This document shows, one piece after another, positions 60,540 to 64,000 of a DNA stretch of 64,000 nt. The DNA is from Verrucomicrobiota bacterium (GTDB taxonomy: Bacteria > Verrucomicrobiota > Verrucomicrobiia > Verrucomicrobiales > DEV007): positions 1 through 64,000 of the forward strand of contig JASFYY010000050.1 of assembly GCA_045046875.1 (NCBI GenBank), given 5' to 3'. The number at the start of each line of letters is the position of its first letter. Positions within the stretch are counted from its first letter, which is position 1. The notes below the pieces were generated by a model. That model did no database searches. It saw nothing but the letters and a program-made list of their open reading frames with translations, and was not told the DNA's origin. The position numbers and the translations under genes are program-made.

Positions 60540-62090
60540 ATGAAAACCACCCTCAGTCTCCTTTTTTTCCTTGTCTTCATTTGTCCCCGGTTATGGGCGC
60601 TAGAGAAAAGTTTCCCAAATATTATTTATATCCTGGCTGATGATTTTGGTTACGGGGATGCAAGTTGTTATAACCCTGAATCAAAAATAATCACACCTCA
60701 CATCGATCGTCTGGCTAAAGCTGGCATGCGTTTCACTGATGCCCACACACCTTCGTCGGTGTGTTCGCCAACACGTTATGGCATTTTGACCGGACGTTAT
60801 TGTTGGCGCACCAGATTAAAAGAGCGGGTGCTGGATGGTTTTGATCCGCCTTTGATCGAACCCGATCAGGTCACGGTGGCTTCTTTTTTGAAAAAACAGG
60901 GATACGCTACGGCAGCTGTGGGTAAATGGCATCTGGGCATGAACTGGACGGACAAAAAAGGCGTGGAGGTGCCGTGGATCCCTACTGCAGAGAAAAAGCG
61001 TCCAAGGAACGGTTTTGATGTGGATTATACCGTGAAGATCAAAGGTGGCCCGATCGCAGTCGGCTTTGATTATTATTTTGGTATATCGGCGTCGCTGAAC
61101 ATGTCGCCATTTTGTTATTTGAAGAATGATCGTGCTTTGCATCTGCCGGTTTGGCAGCAAAAACGCATCAGCACGGATTTTGTCTCAGTGGATGAGGGCA
61201 TGCGCTCACCGGACTTTACTATTACCGGGGTGATGCCGCGGCTCACCGGTGAAGCGATTGCAGTGATTGAAAATCACGCGACAGAAAAGTCGACGCAGCC
61301 TTTGTTCCTTTACGCTCCCCTGACCTCACCGCATTTGCCCTTGGCGCCGAATGTGGAATATCGCGGCAGTAGTCAGGCGGGAGAATATGGGGATTTTGTG
61401 GTTGAGACGGATGCGTTTGTCGGGGCGATTATGGATGCGCTGGAACGCACGGGGATGGCTGATGATACCCTGGTGGTGTTCACCTCTGATAACGGCGGTT
61501 TGTATCATTGGTGGCAAGCGAAGGAAGCGGATGACTTGAAACATTATCGAGTGAACAAGCGGGGGCAATATGTGAAGGACCGCGGGCATCAAGGCAATGC
61601 TCACTTACGTGGCACCAAAGCGGATATATGGGAAGGCGGGCACCGGGTTCCCTTCATCGTGCGCTGGCCGGGTAAAACTCCGGCGGGTTCGACTAGCGAC
61701 GAACTGATCGAATTGACGGATTTACTGGCCACCTGTGCGGCGATCACTGGCGTGGAGTTGCCGCAGGGGGCGGGTCCAGATAGTCGTAATATATTGCAAG
61801 CTTTGTTGGGGAGGGAAGGCGCTGAACCGCTGAGGGATTATGCCGTCCATCATTCCCTGTGGGGGATGTTTGCAATTCGTAAGGGGGATTGGAAATTGAT
61901 CGAGCACCGGGGTTCGGGTGGATTCACTCGTCCACGGAAAATTAATCCGGCAAAAGAAGGGGGGCCTGCCGGGCAGTTATATAACTTGAAGGATGATCCC
62001 GCCGAGACAAAAAACCTTTGGGATGAAAAGCCGCAAGTGGTGAAGCGGTTGTTGAAGCTGCTGAAAGAAGTGAAAGCCGACGATGCTTGA
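60540..62090 (+). CDS. Arylsulfatase (Cys-type S1 sulfatase)
   Basis: PNIIYILADD.GYGD, CSPTRYGILTGR, GKWHLG, FTSDNG, EGGHRVP. Confidence 0.95.
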   Translation: MKTTLSLLFFLVFICPRLWALEKSFPNIIYILADDFGYGDASCYNPESKIITPHIDRLAKAGMRFTDAHTPSSVCSPTRYGILTGRYCWRTRLKERVLDGFDPPLIEPDQVTVASFLKKQGYATAAVGKWHLGMNWTDKKGVEVPWIPTAEKKRPRNGFDVDYTVKIKGGPIAVGFDYYFGISASLNMSPFCYLKNDRALHLPVWQQKRISTDFVSVDEGMRSPDFTITGVMPRLTGEAIAVIENHATEKSTQPLFLYAPLTSPHLPLAPNVEYRGSSQAGEYGDFVVETDAFVGAIMDALERTGMADDTLVVFTSDNGGLYHWWQAKEADDLKHYRVNKRGQYVKDRGHQGNAHLRGTKADIWEGGHRVPFIVRWPGKTPAGSTSDELIELTDLLATCAAITGVELPQGAGPDSRNILQALLGREGAEPLRDYAVHHSLWGMFAIRKGDWKLIEHRGSGGFTRPRKINPAKEGGPAGQLYNLKDDPAETKNLWDEKPQVVKRLLKLLKEVKADDA

Positions 62091-62754
62091 AAATGTGATG
62101 CAGATTCGCTGCCCGATGGTGTGCTGTTATGCTATTCGGGTGAATGAATGTGTCTATCTCATTGATACGGGGTTTGTTGGAGGAGTGAAGGCGATCGAGC
62201 GAGCCTTGGACCAGGGTGGTTGGAGCGGTTTGCCGGTGAAAGGTATCATCCTGACTCATGGGCATCTCGATCATACGTTGAATGCCGCATCGCTTGCAGA
62301 GCGGCATCAGGCGTGGGTGGCGGCTCCAGCAGCCGATCGCTTATTATTGAATGGGGATTTTCGGGTGACTGGACTTGGATGGGTAGGAGGTGCGATGCAG
62401 CAGATGGGTGCAGTTTTTTTGCATTATAGAAAGACTGAAGATATTACTTGGTTCGAAGAAGATACTCCAGAAGTGTTTCCTGATGGTCTCAGTTTTGTGA
62501 AATTGCCGGGACACACGGCGGGACATTCGGGATTTCTTTTTGGTCGTTATTTGTTTTGCGGAGATGTGTTTGCCAGTTTTGGGGCGGCGACTCATTTGTC
62601 GCCTGGGATTTTCAACGAAGACACCGAATTGGCGAAAAAGAGTTTGCTCGAAGTGGCAAAAATGGATATTGACGGAGTGTTCCCTCATCATTGTGATAGA
62701 GCTCCCCCGGAAATACATCTTGAGAGGTTGAGAGGGATTGCCGCTAAAATTTAA
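62083..62754 (+). CDS. MBL-fold metallo-hydrolase
   Basis: LIDTG, LTHGHLDH, PGHT.GH, F.GD. Confidence 0.9.
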   Translation: MLENVMQIRCPMVCCYAIRVNECVYLIDTGFVGGVKAIERALDQGGWSGLPVKGIILTHGHLDHTLNAASLAERHQAWVAAPAADRLLLNGDFRVTGLGWVGGAMQQMGAVFLHYRKTEDITWFEEDTPEVFPDGLSFVKLPGHTAGHSGFLFGRYLFCGDVFASFGAATHLSPGIFNEDTELAKKSLLEVAKMDIDGVFPHHCDRAPPEIHLERLRGIAAKI

Positions 62755-62897
62755 GCATGGAAAATTGGTCACTACGGAAAATATATTTTAAGGGGAGGAT
62801 CCCTATGCAAAATAGTTCTTGTGTGAGGCGGATGTCGTTGTATTATGGGGGAAGGGAATATTAGGGGGAGTCGAAGCGCTAGAGGAAGGGATCAGTT

Positions 62898-63956
62898 ATG
62901 AGGAAGATACGGGAATTTTTATTGGGGCCGGAGGGGCAGACGAATTATTATCATGTGGTGAGCCGGACGACGGGGAGGGATATCTTGTTTGAGGATGATG
63001 AGAAGGAAACTTTCCGCATTTTGATGCTCAAGCAGTTGAAATTCAGTGGGCTGCGGGCGTTGGCTTGGTGTTTTATGGGCAACCACTTTCATTTGTTGTT
63101 GGAGGTGCCGGATAGGGAGTTGGCGACAGCGGGGTGGAAGGATGAGGATTATATCAAGCGGCTGGAGGTGTTTAAAAGTGAGTGGTCGAGTAAGTTGGTG
63201 TTGGATGAGGTGGAGATGTTTAGGGGAAATGGGGCGGATGAAAAGGTGAGCGAGATTGCGGAATCGGTGAAAGCGCGGTTGTTTGATCTGTCGATGTTTA
63301 TGAAGGAGTTGAAGCTGAAAATGACATTGGCTTACAACCGGAAACATGGACGAGTGGGGACTTTGTGGGAGGGACCGTTTAAGAGTGTCTTACTACAGGG
63401 GCCGAGTTGTGAAGGTGGGGAGAGCAGTGATGCGCTGCGGATGGTGGCGGCTTATATTGATCTGAATCCGGTTCGTGCGGGATTGGCGCAGGAGCCGGAG
63501 GGTTATCGCTGGTGCTCGTATGCGGCAGCGGTGGCTGGGGTGCGAGGCGCACGTCAGGGTTTGTGTTTTGCGGTGACTGGTCGGAGTCGAGTGGCGTGGA
63601 GGAAGGTGGCGCAGGAGTATCGTTGTTTGCTGTATGCAAAAGGGGAGACGGTGAAAGCGAGTGAAACCGTGGATGGTTACAACAAAGGCAAGGATGGTTT
63701 CAGCCGGGCGGAGATTAAGGATGTGTTGGAATCGGGTGGGCGCTTGCCAGTGGCGGAGGCTTTGCGCTGTCGGGTGAGGTATTTTACTGATGGAGCGGTG
63801 TTGGGCAGCCAGAGGTATGTGGATGATTTTTTTGAGAGCAAGAGGGAGTGTTTTGGTGCGCGACGTAAGGACGGCGGGCGTAAGATGCGCGGGGCGCAGT
63901 GGGGGGATTTGCGGGTATTGCGGGATTTAAAAGTGGATGTGATAAGAGGGGCGTAA
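62898..63956 (+). mobile_element. Y1 HUH transposase, REP-associated tyrosine transposase (RAYT)-like
   Basis: YHVVSR, MGNHFHLL (HUH), YN..H.R.GTLW..PFKS, YIDLNPVRAG (catalytic Tyr), YRWCSY. Confidence 0.88.
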
Positions 63957-64000
63957 CAAGTGGTTGTCCGGCTAAATACGAGATGTGATGGCGTAATTTG

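Overview
64-kb bacterial chromosome segment, most likely from Verrucomicrobiota. This is an inference from two PVC-type heme-CxxCH dehydrogenases, Tat-exported Gfo/Idh/MocA oxidoreductases, a sulfatase, an SHD1-type domain and a Lys/Ala histone-like protein. Housekeeping genes (polA, ruvA, purU, moaA, an orphan nuoA, rplU-rpmA, trmL, three-gene pnt, one tRNA-Leu) are mixed with many secreted carbohydrate/redox enzymes, a tandem pair of membrane Ser/Thr kinases and a Y1/HUH (RAYT-like) transposase at the right end. No CRISPR array, rRNA or prophage was seen. Main signals worth follow-up: (1) the tRNA-Leu has the A34 anticodon AAG, which is rare in bacteria; (2) a family of about 30-bp triple CAC-core repeats with 9-10 bp spacing recurs, four of six copies starting 15-19 nt after stop codons and three of six interrupted by REP-like inserts, which suggests nested miniature elements possibly linked to the RAYT; (3) an autotransporter has an internal IFADGFESGD motif and a 193-aa tail after its barrel; (4) the duplicated receptor kinases have helical-repeat and CBM-like ectodomains. 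All family calls are by motif recognition only; no database search was run.
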